Below, piece by piece: positions 1 through 13,872 of a stretch of DNA of 64,000 bases; positions within the stretch are counted from its first letter, which is position 1, and each line of letters begins with the position of its first letter. A model generated the notes under the pieces. That model was not told the origin of the DNA. It did no database searches and was given only the letters and a program-made list of their open reading frames with translations. This stretch comes from Chrysomallon squamiferum (taxonomy: Eukaryota; Animalia; Mollusca): the NCBI GenBank assembly GCA_012295275.1, contig CM022669.1:13578001-13642000 (forward strand), in the 5' to 3' direction. Position numbers and translations under genes: made by a program.

Positions 1-377
1 TAACATTAGCCAGTGGCAATTACATTGTTGCGCCTAGTAATTATCTCTTCACAATGTTCCAGCTTTCTCATGACGTTAATGATATTTAATTTTCTTTTCT
101 CTTCTCTCTGTTTCTTGCTTAGTGCAAGTTCTATTTAATGCACATGTCGCTCACTTATGACGTTAACTGCATTAGTTGTAACTCATCAACACTTTGTCTG
201 GCTTGCTTCATTTCCTTCTCGCTCTTGTACTGATACGTTCACACCTTCTGCCGTCTCTTAACTGCAGTCCTCATTCTTACACACTCCGTTCATGTATCGC
301 TTGCTCTTCATTTTTACGTTTCTCCATTTATCAGTCTGCTTCTCTCTCTCTCTCTTATTAATTTAATCCCTCTGTTA

Positions 378-379
<2 letters not shown>

Positions 380-467
<88 letters not shown>
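380..467. repeat. (CT)n microsatellite
   Basis: Uninterrupted TC dinucleotide run. Confidence 0.97.
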
Positions 468-469
<2 letters not shown>

Positions 470-583
470 ATGTCTGTTAATCATTTCGAAAATAATCTTC
501 CTTATTCACCAAATTACTTAAATATCTGCGAAACTTTTATAAGAAGTCTCAGAAATATATGAGAATAGTTTTTTATTTCAGCC

Positions 584-684
584 TATTATTATTATTATTT
601 GTATTAAAATTATTATTATCATTATTATTATTACTATTCTTCTTCTTATTATTATTATTACTATTACTATTATTATTATTGTTA

Positions 685-735
<51 letters not shown>
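584..735. repeat. (TTA)n microsatellite
   Basis: Degenerate then pure TTA run; source of the poly-L/poly-N pseudo-ORFs 559..765 and 573..770. Confidence 0.95.
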
Positions 736-740
<5 letters not shown>

Positions 741-1037
741 TGTCTTAAGAGAAAACAGAAAATGATTCATATCGCCACATCGAACTTGAAAGATGATTTT
801 TGTTTTTCATTATGTGTACTGGTTTACCCTCTTTGAAGAAAATGATTAATAGTGATGACTGTGGGAAAGATATATACTTTTATTACTTTTTTTCTGGTAA
901 AAATCAAACCGATAACTGTAAACGTTCATTCGGTAGGATAATAATTCTCAATTATGTAACAGACAGCGATTACATCGGCCATTCACATTCTGAGTAAGTC
1001 AAATTATGTTGAAATAATCCAGTGAAATTTATATAGG

Positions 1038-1077
<40 letters not shown>

Positions 1078-1320
1078 AGAAGAAGATGAAGAAGAAAATT
1101 TAAAAAAATAAGGAAAAACGAATATCTTATTATCTTGTCAGAAAAGGATAGCATATAAATTATTTGCATGGCTGATAAATAATGATCGAAGTTATGGACC
1201 AAGAAAATATTTAACTTTTGTCCACAAAAATAAAACTAATAATTATCTAAGACTTATTAACACTCTTTAGGACTTTGTAGTGTGCAATTTCGTTTTGACT
1301 TCTCTCCCTCTTTCTCTATT

Positions 1321-1435
<115 letters not shown>

Positions 1436-1933
1436 GTTTGTGTAATAAATAAATGAATATGTGTTTAACGAAACATCTGCTACATGCTTTGTACTACCTA
1501 ATCAGAGCTATTGGAAATCTTCAGTGGAATGTAACTGTGGTTTTATAAAATAGAAACTGTTATGGCCAGTTCACGTGGCTCAGTCCGAACGTGACTTGCA
1601 TCACGTTTGTCAGCATTTTACAGCTCAGAGAAAAAAAAAAAAAAAAAAAAAAAAAGCAAAAGAAATATGATATCGATTTTAATTTTAATGATTAAAAAAA
1701 AAACCGACATATCTGGCACAAGCTCTTTTTTGGCGTTTTTAACTACGACATTTCAAACATAATTTAGTATATATAATTATGCATACATGCATTATACATA
1801 CATACATGGATACACATACATATAACGTACGTACATGGTAATATGATTAAACTGTGTATAAATGTTTATTTTTTATTGCTGCTGTTATCGTTCTTGTTAA
1901 TGTTTTGTGCTTATTGTTATTATCTTAAGAAGA

Positions 1934-1985
<52 letters not shown>

Positions 1986-2374
1986 TTAAATAAATAAATA
2001 TATTAAAAAACAAAAATTGCACGAATGATTTCAATAAGCATTAATAGGATATTCTTATGTTACAAAAAACCAAAAAAACCAAAAAAAAAAAAAAAACCCC
2101 AAAAAACCAAAAAATAAAAACAACAACAAAAAAACTTTAATATAAAAAGAGGTAAAAATTATAAAAGAACGAAATAAAAATCATCATCTTTAAAAAAACG
2201 AATTCTAAACTTAAAGTGATTGACACAAAGCCCAAAGCTTGATACCAAATATGGTAACGCAAAACTAATTTTCCATTTAAACAAGCCATTAAACACGAGT
2301 TTAGAGTCAAGAATATTGTCAGTGATCTTGTACCCGCGTTTACTTTTTTTAATTGAAAAAAGAAAAGTAATAAG

Positions 2375-2409
<35 letters not shown>

Positions 2410-2520
2410 ATAAATGCCATATAAAATTTCTGTTAAAATCGTCTGGCATGATATTAATTAATAAGAAGCGGTCGTATATCTTTTTTCTTTTTATCCCTCC
2501 AAATATATTCATTTAATTTA

Positions 2521-2641
2521 ATATAATTTTATTTTGTGTTATTTCATTTAATTTCATTTTGTTTTATGTTATTTCATTTAATTTAATTTTGTTTTATGTT
2601 ATTTCATTTAATTTCATTTTGTTTTATGTTATTTCATTTAA

Positions 2642-2643
<2 letters not shown>
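2521..2643. repeat. 30-bp minisatellite, ~4 copies
   Basis: Unit atttcattttgttttatgttatttcattta repeats at a 30-bp period. Confidence 0.92.
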
Positions 2644-2672
<29 letters not shown>

Positions 2673-3084
2673 CTTTTCTTTTATCTTCCGAATTTACGCA
2701 GTTAACGGAAATACAAGGCTTGTAAAAGATTTATTATTTTTATTTAGAACTGACTTAAGATTGTTGTGTTTGTCAGTCCGGTTACAAGCTGCTTGACACG
2801 CACGATTAAGAAAACTGTCTGAGTGCATGAAATTAACTGTGCTTTGATTGTGCAAGACTTTGCTAACTCGCAAAATGTTTGTTAAATGCTATTTCAGTAA
2901 AAAAAGATAAATTTAACTGTGCAAAATAAAACGAAAAAGGAACGGTGACGATAATAATAATTATAAAGAAGAAGAAGATGATAAAGATAATTGGAGAAGT
3001 TTACATAAGTTCTGATTTGTCGCTAATTATCATCATGCAAAAAATTCGATCTTAGTTTAATTCCAGAAACGAAATGTATTAAAT

Positions 3085-3119
<35 letters not shown>

Positions 3120-3315
3120 TAACGTTATAATGAAAGGACAAGAAAAACAGAAAAGATATATCGATAAGATAATGAAAATAGATATTGATAAGAAAATTAA
3201 AATCGATATTTTTACTATGTATGTATGACTTTTCTCTGTATTCCGTATCAAAAATATATTTTAAAAACCTTTACGTCAGGTTTAAGCTATGACATCAAAA
3301 TATTTCTTTAAAACT

Positions 3316-3353
<38 letters not shown>

Positions 3354-3587
3354 TTCCACCTTTCGAAGATTTTTTTAGTCTTAAAATATAGTTTTAAATC
3401 TAAATAAAAATAATAAAAATAAAAAAATAAAATAAACCTTTAAAAATAGGAATAAATCCCCATTAAATCTTGATGTTACAATACCCCCTGGAGATCTTGT
3501 TCCCATGGTAACAAAACAAACCGGTAATTGTAATTGCAAATGACGACACGAACAAAAGGCGCATGCGTTTGTAGTGAAAAACCTTAC

Positions 3588-3616
3588 TTCCTCTTTCCTG
3601 TTAACAAAATCTTCAA
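3588..3616 (-). CDS. candidate 29-nt microexon, (x)EDFVNRKEE
   Basis: Minus strand reads ataatttcag|TTGAAGATTTTGTTAACAGGAAAGAGGAA|gtaagg; open in phase 1 to 0. Splice signals only, no homology recognised. Confidence 0.15.
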
Positions 3617-5813
3617 CTGAAATTATCTTGACATTTGCAGCAGAAATCAACAAAAGAAAATGTAAACATGTTTGTACAGAATATACTTCAAGTTATTAGA
3701 AAAGAAAACAAAATGTGCGTAATTAATGCTTTATACTCTAGTCTTAGAATGTCAAAGTTAAAAGTTAAAAAAGAAATGTAATCATAATTTTCTTTCAGAA
3801 TAACATGACAAAAACAGTGTAGAAAATACATTAAAAATAACTAATAATAAACAGCTGATCAACTGGAATAAAGAAGAAAACGGAAAAAGGTGTAGGTCGA
3901 AATCATGAAACACTCTGTGCAACAAAAAAGGAATAATGGTTTCGAATCATAATATCTAACTTAATTTTTATTTCTATTTTTTATTTTTATTTCACTTTTT
4001 CTTTTTCTTTATTAATTATTATTATTATTATTATTTTTTTTTTTTGTCATTAAACATATTGTTGTATACAAAAACGTATTTCTCACCTTTTTGAAAATTC
4101 GATTATTTTTTTTTTTTCGTGTAATGAACGTACACTTATTCAGGAAAAATTCGCCACTTCACTAACTTGCGGTTTAACAGAAATATGATGACATAACGCT
4201 GGTCACTGTACTGATAGATTTTCAGTTAGAGTTTTGATAAGTAATAGTTTATAACTGAGTGGTTTACACCAGACAGTGTTTATTTATTTTAACTAAGATA
4301 AATTTTGTTTATTTGAGTTTGGAAATGGTCTGCAGTTGCTTTGTTGTATAATTATAAATTTAAAAAAAAATAAGAAAAAAAGAAAAAGAGGACAAACTAA
4401 AGGATATAAAACAATATAAAGTCGATCAGTTGTATTTAAAAAAATATATATATATTACTGTTATTAATATTGTTTTAGTTAAAGTGGATAAAACCCTGAC
4501 TAACTTACAGTTATGAAGAAAATAATTATTTTATGAAAATCGTTAATTATCGATACCATTCGGTAATTATTAATATTCATGAGTCTTGACTTTAGTAAAA
4601 AAAAAAAAAAAAATATGGATATCTTTAATATCAAAATTATTTGAATATTAACAGCAATAACCATTAAAATGGAAGTAAATTTTACATAATAATAGTAATT
4701 CTTTTTTCAGTTATTATTATTATTTTTTTTTAATGGCCACAATTTTAAAAGTTTTTTTTTTTTTTTTATCGGACTGTTTTCAAAAACATTATTCCTACAA
4801 GGCTGTGAGAAATGCGTTTAATTGTCGTAATACAGTAAGTGTGTGTATGTACGTATGTATGTGTGTGTGTGTGTGTGTGTGTTTGTGTGTGTCCATATAG
4901 GAACAGCTAAAACGAAGTGTATGTCGTCACAGAACAGATATAAGTAATAATTTATTGGCTGACGAAATGGATATAATCTATGAGAGATATAAGAACCGAT
5001 TACTTTTGAAACCCAGACACGTATAAATAAATAAAAGTAGAAGAAATGTCTTCTCAACAGAAAACCATTTCAACTGGTTTTTTTTGAAAAAAAGAAAAAA
5101 ATAATAAAATTTCCGACTGGATGAAACCCAATACATCTCTTTCGTGATACTAAATTATGTATTACACTTGTGTGTACATCTGAAAGAATATGCGTGATTT
5201 AATTTTTTTTCCCTTTACTGGAAGATCGTGGGCGAAAACAATGGAGGAAAAAAAAGAAGAAAAACTAAAAAAGCAAAAGCAAAAAGAAGGAAACAAAAAT
5301 ACAGAAAGAAAAAGAACGACAAGAAAGAAAAGAAGTTTCAAATGAAGAGTTTTTTAAAACAAGAAATGCATAGAAACAAAAGATCAGAATACTATTATAA
5401 TTCGAAATTACTGTGCACAAAAGATATGATATTTTAACATTTAGAAGTAGAAGAAAAAAAGAATTTTAAATTATTTAGTTTTTTCGAAAACAGTATACAT
5501 TTCTTTATGATAGTAAACATGTTAAACGTAAATATTTAATATAAATGTAATGAATTTTCTCTCCTCTCTCTCTCACACGTTAACCTTTACTTTCTACAAC
5601 CATCTCTCTTTCTCTCCGTATCGTTTTACGTTTACGTTGTTAGTGTGTGTGTGTGTGTGTGTGTGTGAATGTGTGTGTGCGCGTGCGCGCACGTAGATAG
5701 ATAGATATAGATAAATACACACAAACATACATACAATTCAGCAGATAAATACACTAATTAACATGTACCCTTTCACAATCTCCACATACACACACAAAGA
5801 AACAAATACACCC

Positions 5814-5890
<77 letters not shown>

Positions 5891-6076
5891 CCGAAAATTC
5901 AAAAAAGATTTTTAACGGATTAACTAACATGATTTGCCACTTCGGTCTGCCGTGACTGGTTATCGTATAACAAGCATTAACCAAATTCTCGTCGCAAGAG
6001 CCTCGGGCCAAGCTCCCTGGCGAGTTTCTGCTTCAGCCTGTCAGACGCAATTGGCGCAGATAGCAATCGGAAACAA

Positions 6077-6176
6077 TGCAGTCAGATGCGTCACGCCGAA
6101 CAACGTTTTCGCATTCTGGGACGTGATTAAATGCAGGACGTACCTCCACGTAGTTTCGGCATACGACGTCACTGCA
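6077..6176. other. imperfect ~100-nt inverted repeat in a GC-rich island, followed by poly(A)
   Basis: Arm 6077-6106 (tgcagtcagatgcgtcacgccgaacaacgt) pairs by hand with 6148-6176 (acgtagtttcggcatacgacgtcactgca), ~25 bp including G-U pairs and bulges. Confidence 0.55.
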
Positions 6177-6182
6177 AGAAGA

Positions 6183-6216
<34 letters not shown>

Positions 6217-6270
6217 CAGAAAGCTGACAAAACAACAACAACAAAACAACCCGAAGCTCCAACAAAATAA

Positions 6271-6320
<50 letters not shown>

Positions 6321-6506
6321 AAATAAATAAAATACAAAACAAAAACAAAGCACTCAACTCTAAGATTTCTTCAGCTGAAAATCAGATTGTTACCCAAAAA
6401 GATATAAACCAAAAGAAAACTTTAATACAAGTATAATTATTCATTATATATATTTTTAATGAAGTTTAATTATTGGTTCGTAAATTATATATGTCAAAAT
6501 ATTTTG

Positions 6507-6552
<46 letters not shown>

Positions 6553-6646
6553 GCTATTGCTATAGTTATATTTATGATTTTTTTTTTTTTTTCTGTTATT
6601 ACTATTATTCTTAGTTTTTTTCTTCTTGTTACAGTTGCTATTTAAC

Positions 6647-6649
<3 letters not shown>

Positions 6650-6707
<58 letters not shown>

Positions 6708-6717
6708 TGTGTGTGTA

Positions 6718-6785
<68 letters not shown>
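6650..6785. repeat. compound (GA)n-(GT)n microsatellite
   Basis: Seen directly. Confidence 0.95.
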
Positions 6786-6789
<4 letters not shown>

Positions 6790-7331
6790 GGCGCGTGCGA
6801 GACCATAAAATAAAATATTTAGTAATTAGTAGTAATCAAGGTTCTTGACCAGTTTCTTCACACTTACAACGACCTAACTAGACAAGCAATCCCTGCAACA
6901 GAAGCTGACACGTCTGGCTTTCAGGACCTTTTGTTAAATTAGCAGTTTAATCCAGACATCAGCTCCGTGAAAGAAACACCGTTTGTCATTAATAAGATGG
7001 CATTAGAGACAATACAAATCCCCAACTTGGAATTTCACAATCTGACCGGTGAGTCATAACGTGCATAATGATTAACGTTTCAGACAGAAACGTATTAATG
7101 GCATTGAGAATGGAGATGGATGAAGGAAGAGAAAAACCGAAGAAAAAAAAATAAAAAAGAAAAGAAAAAAAAAAAAAAAAAAAGGGAAAAAGTTAGCCAG
7201 ATAGAGAGAGAGAGATGCAATGAGATAAAAAGAGACAGAGAGATGAGAGAAAGAAAGAGAGGCAGAATCGGGAATATATACATATACAGATAGATAGATA
7301 GATGGATGGATGAATAGATAGATGGATGGAT

Positions 7332-7418
<87 letters not shown>

Positions 7419-7470
7419 TTGTATGTGTGCGTGCGTATGTACCAGACTGCTAGTTTCATGTGGATATGCG

Positions 7471-7890
7471 AGAGACAGACAAACGGATACAAAAAGTATC
7501 AGTATAAATAACAACGATGAAAATTGCTTCATCTTACAGCAACTAGATAATGCTATAGTCAAAGCTAATAGTAACAGTATAAAGGATTTAATTGTCGTAA
7601 AGCTATTATTTTGCGCTATAAAAAACACAATGAAGCCGACAAAAGAGTCAGGAAGAAAAACAGAAAGACTGAAAGACAGACTGAAAGACAGACAATAGAG
7701 AGAGACAGACAGACAGAAATAGTATCAGTAAGAATAATAAGGACGGAAATTGTTTTGTCTTACAACAAACTAGATAAAGCTATATCTAACGCCGATGGTA
7801 GCAATATAAAAAAGATTTTAAATTTCGTAAACCTATTATTTTGTGTTACAAAAACACTATGGAGCCGATAAGAGTGACGCTAGAAAAACG
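7471..7890 (+). repeat. diverged ~230-bp tandem duplication (about 7471-7660 and 7699-7890)
   Basis: Collinear shared blocks agtatcagta, aaattg, tcttaca, aactagataa.gctata, cgtaaa.ctattattttg, aaaaacac.atg.agccga. Confidence 0.85.
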
Positions 7891-8149
7891 ATCATGGTAT
7901 TAATATGTTCTATTGAAACAGATGATTAGTGACAGATGTGACACTGAAAAACAAGCGAAAAAGACAACAACAGACTAAAAAAAAAAGACAAATAAACTGT
8001 TTGACAGGGATAGTGTGTCAAAGTGGAGAAAAATTAATAACTGTGACAGGTATTATTCTCTCTCTCTCTATATATATATACACACACGGACACAATTATC
8101 CGGACACACACACAAACACTCCCGGTTTTCTGGTCACACACAGGACACG

Positions 8150-8263
8150 TATGTATTATGTATGTATGTATGTATGTATGTATGATGTATGTATGTATGT
8201 ATGTATGTATGTATGCCTGAATATGTATGTAAAATATGTTGTATGTATGTTTTATGGTATGTT

Positions 8264-8321
<58 letters not shown>

Positions 8322-8332
8322 ATATATATATA
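8150..8332. repeat. (TATG)n/(TA)n microsatellite
   Basis: Seen directly. Confidence 0.93.
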
Positions 8333-9052
8333 TGTCTGTTTGTCCATCCATCCATATATCTGTCTATCTGTCTATATGTCTGTCGTCTCTCTGTCTTCTG
8401 TCTATGAATATGTTTGTCTCTCTGTGTGTATCTCTACCTGGAGATATCTACTGCTCTCTTTTTCTGTCTAACTCTATTTTAAATTAATTTATGTTAGCTA
8501 CACTGAAAGCAAAATCTATTACTAGGTCTCTCATTTTCAGATTAAAGTGATCAGTTTCGTACACCTTGTACATGAGATCCAGTCGTCCATCTGAAAACTA
8601 TTAACTTTTCCCATCTCAAGTTCTCCACTTTTTAATCCCTCGAATCCATTAAAGTAATTTTAAAATGCTAAACTCGCTATCATGTCACTTAATAGTCTTC
8701 CCTGATATAAACTTATTTCAGGGCAATAAACGTGTTAGGTGCAGACAAACTCGTCGGAAATCAAAGGAGGCTGTGAGAAAGTGAGTCGATACATTTTCCA
8801 CTTAGTAACATCACCATGGGGTTAAGAGATTCTTTACCGTTAGATGAAACTGGATGTTTGGATGCTGTCGATTGATAACCAGAAAATACGTTTGGGCATT
8901 AAGGTTGGAATATCGATAGATAAATAAATAATGAATGTAAGTAAATAAAAAAATAAATTAAAAGTTAAATGAAATCGATTAGAGAATGTTCAGTAACTAA
9001 ATATGCGTTTGATACGCGGATGTTAAGAAATGTCGAACATACGCCTATATTT

Positions 9053-9160
9053 CTTGTAGTCACATTACGTCTTTTAGTCATAATACGTCATGTATTCACA
9101 AAACGTCTTGTAGTCATAATACGTCTTGTCCTCACAATACGTCTTTTAGTCATAATACGT
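9053..9160 (-). repeat. 18-bp minisatellite, 6 copies (plus-strand unit cttgtagtcacaatacgt)
   Basis: Units start at 9053, 9071, 9089, 9107, 9125 and 9143; reverse complement of the array at 12802-13201. Confidence 0.92.
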
Positions 9161-9291
9161 ATCAAGAAGTCTCTTTTCGCTGTATAAGAAATACATACAA
9201 ACATACAAAGGGAGGCATACACACACAATCACACACATACAGTCTCACCCTGATATATGCACGCAAACATACTTACATCTAGCACAAAAAA

Positions 9292-9322
<31 letters not shown>

Positions 9323-9342
9323 AAAATAAAATAAAATAAATA

Positions 9343-9395
<53 letters not shown>

Positions 9396-9706
9396 CAACA
9401 ACAACAACAACAATATAATAACACCGATATTTTTGCAACTTCAGTTACACGACAGAAGCTCATGTGGTGTGGTATGCTGTTAATCTGTTATAATGTTATA
9501 AGGGTACGCTATAAAGAAATCCTCTCATCTATTACGGTTAATATGAAACAAGAACATGACACAGCTGCTGGTCGCAGGATCCTATTCAGAGTAATGGGTA
9601 TTTGTGAAAAAACATTTCTTTCATGATTAATACGTACTTAGTTCGTTGTCTCCTATTAGCTGCAAATAGACGTACAGTACAAAATAGATAGCGACCTTCT
9701 TTGACG

Positions 9707-9921
9707 TTATTATCATCATCATCATCATTATTATTATTATTATTATTACTATTATTACTATTATTATTCTGTGGTTGTTATCATCATTATTATTGTTGTT
9801 GTTATTTTCATCATAATCATTATTATCATAACCATTATTATTATTGTTATTATCTCTATTATTCTTTTTATTATTATCATTATCATCATCATCATCATCA
9901 TCAACATCATCGTCATCGTCG

Positions 9922-9985
<64 letters not shown>

Positions 9986-10000
9986 TTTATTCATTTTTTT
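9707..10000. repeat. (TTA)/(TCA)n trinucleotide block
   Basis: Seen directly; gives poly-I/Y/H pseudo-ORFs. Confidence 0.93.
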
Positions 10001-10258
10001 TTTTTTTTTTTTTTTGATTAGTTAAGACTTTTAGTCAGTGGGCTGAATCTATTGGCAGAACAACCCGATACCCTTTGCAGTCATTTCACCTAATTTAACC
10101 ATTAAATATAATTAATTTAACTCTAATGCAGAACCAGAAAGATAATAGTTTAACATACGCAGATGGTAGGAAAAGGCGGTTATCACATATATAACGATTC
10201 ACGTAAACGCACATATGCTCATACTCATTTGACGAAATATCTGTAACTAATACGCCGG

Positions 10259-10380
<122 letters not shown>

Positions 10381-11496
10381 GTATGTATGTGGTGTCTTGA
10401 CATGTCTGAAGTTAAACGAACAGGAAATTATTTTACCATTAACCTTTAAACTTTGTAATACCAACGAGTATTTCTGCATCAAGGGGACATGACCAGATGA
10501 CAGTATAATTCTATAAGATAACTAAATTGCAAAACCGAAATTATTATACTAATTATTACGTAACTGTTCGTGACAGATCCTAGAGTCTATCGATAATATT
10601 TTAATCTTTACGTAATTGCTTTGCTGCCAATACAATGAGGTGAAACATTCACAATTTCAATTAGCGACATCTTTTACAAGGGATTAGAAATAATAATTAG
10701 GTTTGATATGTTCCCGGTAGCTCCTAGTTCGTTTGCAAATGCATTACTGATGGTGGAATCATAAGATTCAAAACTGAGCTTTACACGAAAAGTCGTTGAA
10801 TTTGTCATAATATACATATCATATTTTTTATCTGAGGAAAAAAAAATGCAACCTGATACTGAAAGTTGATAATGTTAAAAAAGTTGAATACACAAATGCT
10901 TTAATTATGCGTACGATAAGTAACAGAGAGAATGGTCACTCGACACTGCATCTGTGATTAGCATGACTTAAATTTCCTTACTGTTAGTTTATTAAATGAA
11001 AAATAAAAAGATATTCCCATTATAAGATAGCTCTAAGCACTTCACAGTCGGCTGGTAACAAAGATGTGCCATTAGAAATATCAGCAGATGGATTAATTCC
11101 AGTGTTGAGTTAAAAACTACATGAAAACATTTTTTGAAAAGTAAGTACTGACTAGAGAACGACAATTACCTTTGACAAGTCTGAAATTAATCGCAGAAAG
11201 TGGTTCTCTGATGATTTCTGAAGTTGGTCGAGATAGGGGATTTCACTTTTTAATCTTTCTATATTTGATATCTTTGTAGAATTTTTTTTTTTAATCTTCG
11301 TTGAATAACCATTTCTATCAGACATCAATATGTGCCATACAAATCATAATTTTAGAGATCCTTGATCATCCTAGAAAAGATTTCAGGGTCACGCTTTATG
11401 GTGCACCAGTCATTAGATGTTGCTCGATACAATTTGAATACAAATTATTCTGTATTCCTGGGCTGATATCTGTAACTAGTATCATGAACTACAGTG

Positions 11497-11604
<108 letters not shown>

Positions 11605-12076
11605 AGAATATTTTCTGATTGTACTGACGTATCTAAATATATTTAGGTATAGCATATTTTATATATAACAGCTTCACACCGCCTGAAAACGTGACCAATA
11701 TAGTTTTCCTGTGACTCACGTTAACAGTTTCATTAAACTTTCAAACAATATTCATGCATACATACATACATACGTAAATAATTATGTTTGTTAATTAAAT
11801 CGAAAACCACCTAAGGAAAAAGATCTTATCCTGCTTGTTAAGTAATTCAGAAATATAATAGATTTTTACTTTGAGTCTCAGTTTGATCTTCTTCGCATTC
11901 CGTTTCAGTGGCAGCAGCTGTTTCATTTTAGCCTTGAAATGATTCGAATTGTTCAGCGTTGAATTATAAGACACCGCAACATCAGTGATACCTGTTACAT
12001 ATTTCTTGATATGCAATAACTGTATAGATAGAAAGATACGTGTACAATATATAAAGATTACACATCTTCATATGTG

Positions 12077-12094
12077 TATCTATCTCTCTATCTC

Positions 12095-12137
<43 letters not shown>

Positions 12138-12318
12138 ATCTATCTATCTTTCTATTTATCTATCTATCTATCTATCTATCTATTTATCTATCTATCTATC
12201 TGTATATGTAGATCAAAATGTGTGTGTCTATATTTCTGTATATGAAAGTGTGTATCTGTCTGTCTATCTATCTATCTACTTACCTGCCTACCTACCTACG
12301 TACGTACGTACCTACCTG

Positions 12319-12379
<61 letters not shown>

Positions 12380-12398
12380 ATATATATATATATATATA
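12077..12398. repeat. (TATC)n/(TACC)n tetranucleotide block
   Basis: Seen directly; source of SIYL pseudo-ORFs. Confidence 0.93.
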
Positions 12399-12801
12399 CG
12401 TGTGTGTACATATAATAATCTGCGTATAGCTACATCCAAAACAAGAGAAGAATCAGTCTAAACCAAATGCTCTAGAGAATTCTCAGGCACACCCATCTTT
12501 CATTTTACTTTCCGATTTCAAAACCTGCACTTAAAATTAAACATGGTCGTTTCTTGGCTAGCTCGCACCTATCAGTATAAACACAGCTCAACCACCGACT
12601 AATTGGCTTTACACCTTGTCGATCTCAAGTGGATAATCGCACTTAAGGACAGGAAACACCTGGTCAGAGCACAACCAAATGTTAACAGGTACGGCACGAC
12701 CGTTTTCGCTCGTCTGGAACAACAACAAACGCTTGTCTCCCAGATTGTAGCGTCATGCTTCAGATGGCAGGTAAATATCATTAAAATGGTTGATGTACTT
12801 C

Positions 12802-13201
12802 ATTGTGACTATAAGACATACTGTGACTACAAGATTGATAGGTGTGACCACATATTGTGATTAAAATACATATTGTGACCTACAAGACGTATTACGGCCT
12901 TAAGACATATTCTGACTACACGACATGTTGTAACTACTAGATATTCTGTCAATACAAGACGTATTGTGACTACATTACATGTTGTGACTATGAGACATAT
13001 GGTGACTACAAAACATTCTGACTACAGGAAATTCTGTGACTGCAAGATGAGGTGTGACCACAAGACATATGGTGACTACAAAATATTTTGCGACTACAAG
13101 GTATATTGTGACTTCAAGACGTATTATGTCTGCAAGACATTCTGTGACTACAAGACATGTAACTATAAGATGTATTGTGACTGAACAATATTATTGTGAC
13201 T
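12802..13201 (+). repeat. degenerate 18-bp minisatellite, ~22 copies (consensus acgtattgtgactacaag)
   Basis: tgtgactacaagac recurs at a ~18-bp period with small indels. Confidence 0.9.
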
Positions 13202-13224
13202 AAAAGAAATGCATTAATTTCGTT

Positions 13225-13225
<1 letters not shown>

Positions 13226-13257
<32 letters not shown>

Positions 13258-13288
13258 TTCTTCTTCTTCTTCTTTTCTTCTTCTTCTT

Positions 13289-13319
<31 letters not shown>

Positions 13320-13633
13320 TTATTATTATTGCTGAGTACTTATCTGCAACACATCAAATTTTGTCCTTCGGTCACTGACTTCACTTGTTAATTTATGAAA
13401 TACACTAAAATAGTTGTCCGTATTTCATAATAATATCAATTTTTCCTCAGTCATAAAAAAAAAAATAAAAAATAAAAATAATAGAACAAGCAGGATTTTT
13501 ACAACAAATTTTCGGATATAAAATTAATGAAAACACAAACTTCCTTTATTTGATTACTTGAATACTTCATTCAGAGAATTTCAATTCCAATACAATTAAT
13601 TAATTAATTAATAATTTAAAAAAAAAGAACAAA

Positions 13634-13666
<33 letters not shown>

Positions 13667-13810
13667 ACAAACAAACAAACAAACAAATAAAATAACCAGC
13701 AAACAAACAAATAATATGATTGAAATAACAGTAATAGTAATTGTAAGAACAACAACACAAACAGTAACAATAACAATAATAACAATAATAACAACAACAA
13801 CAACAACAGG

Positions 13811-13870
<60 letters not shown>
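13226..13870. repeat. (TCA)n-(TCT)n and (AAC)/(AAT)n microsatellite blocks
   Basis: Seen directly at 13226-13330 and 13630-13870. Confidence 0.9.

Positions 13871-13872
<2 letters not shown>

Noticed and set aside
12786-13184. Cys/Tyr/Lys hexapeptide (CDYKTY)n protein, superficially like an adhesive or metal-binding repeat protein
   Set aside because: The frame is broken by a stop at 12858-12860 and by indels, and the same repeat occurs inverted at 9053-9160, so it behaves as a non-coding minisatellite.
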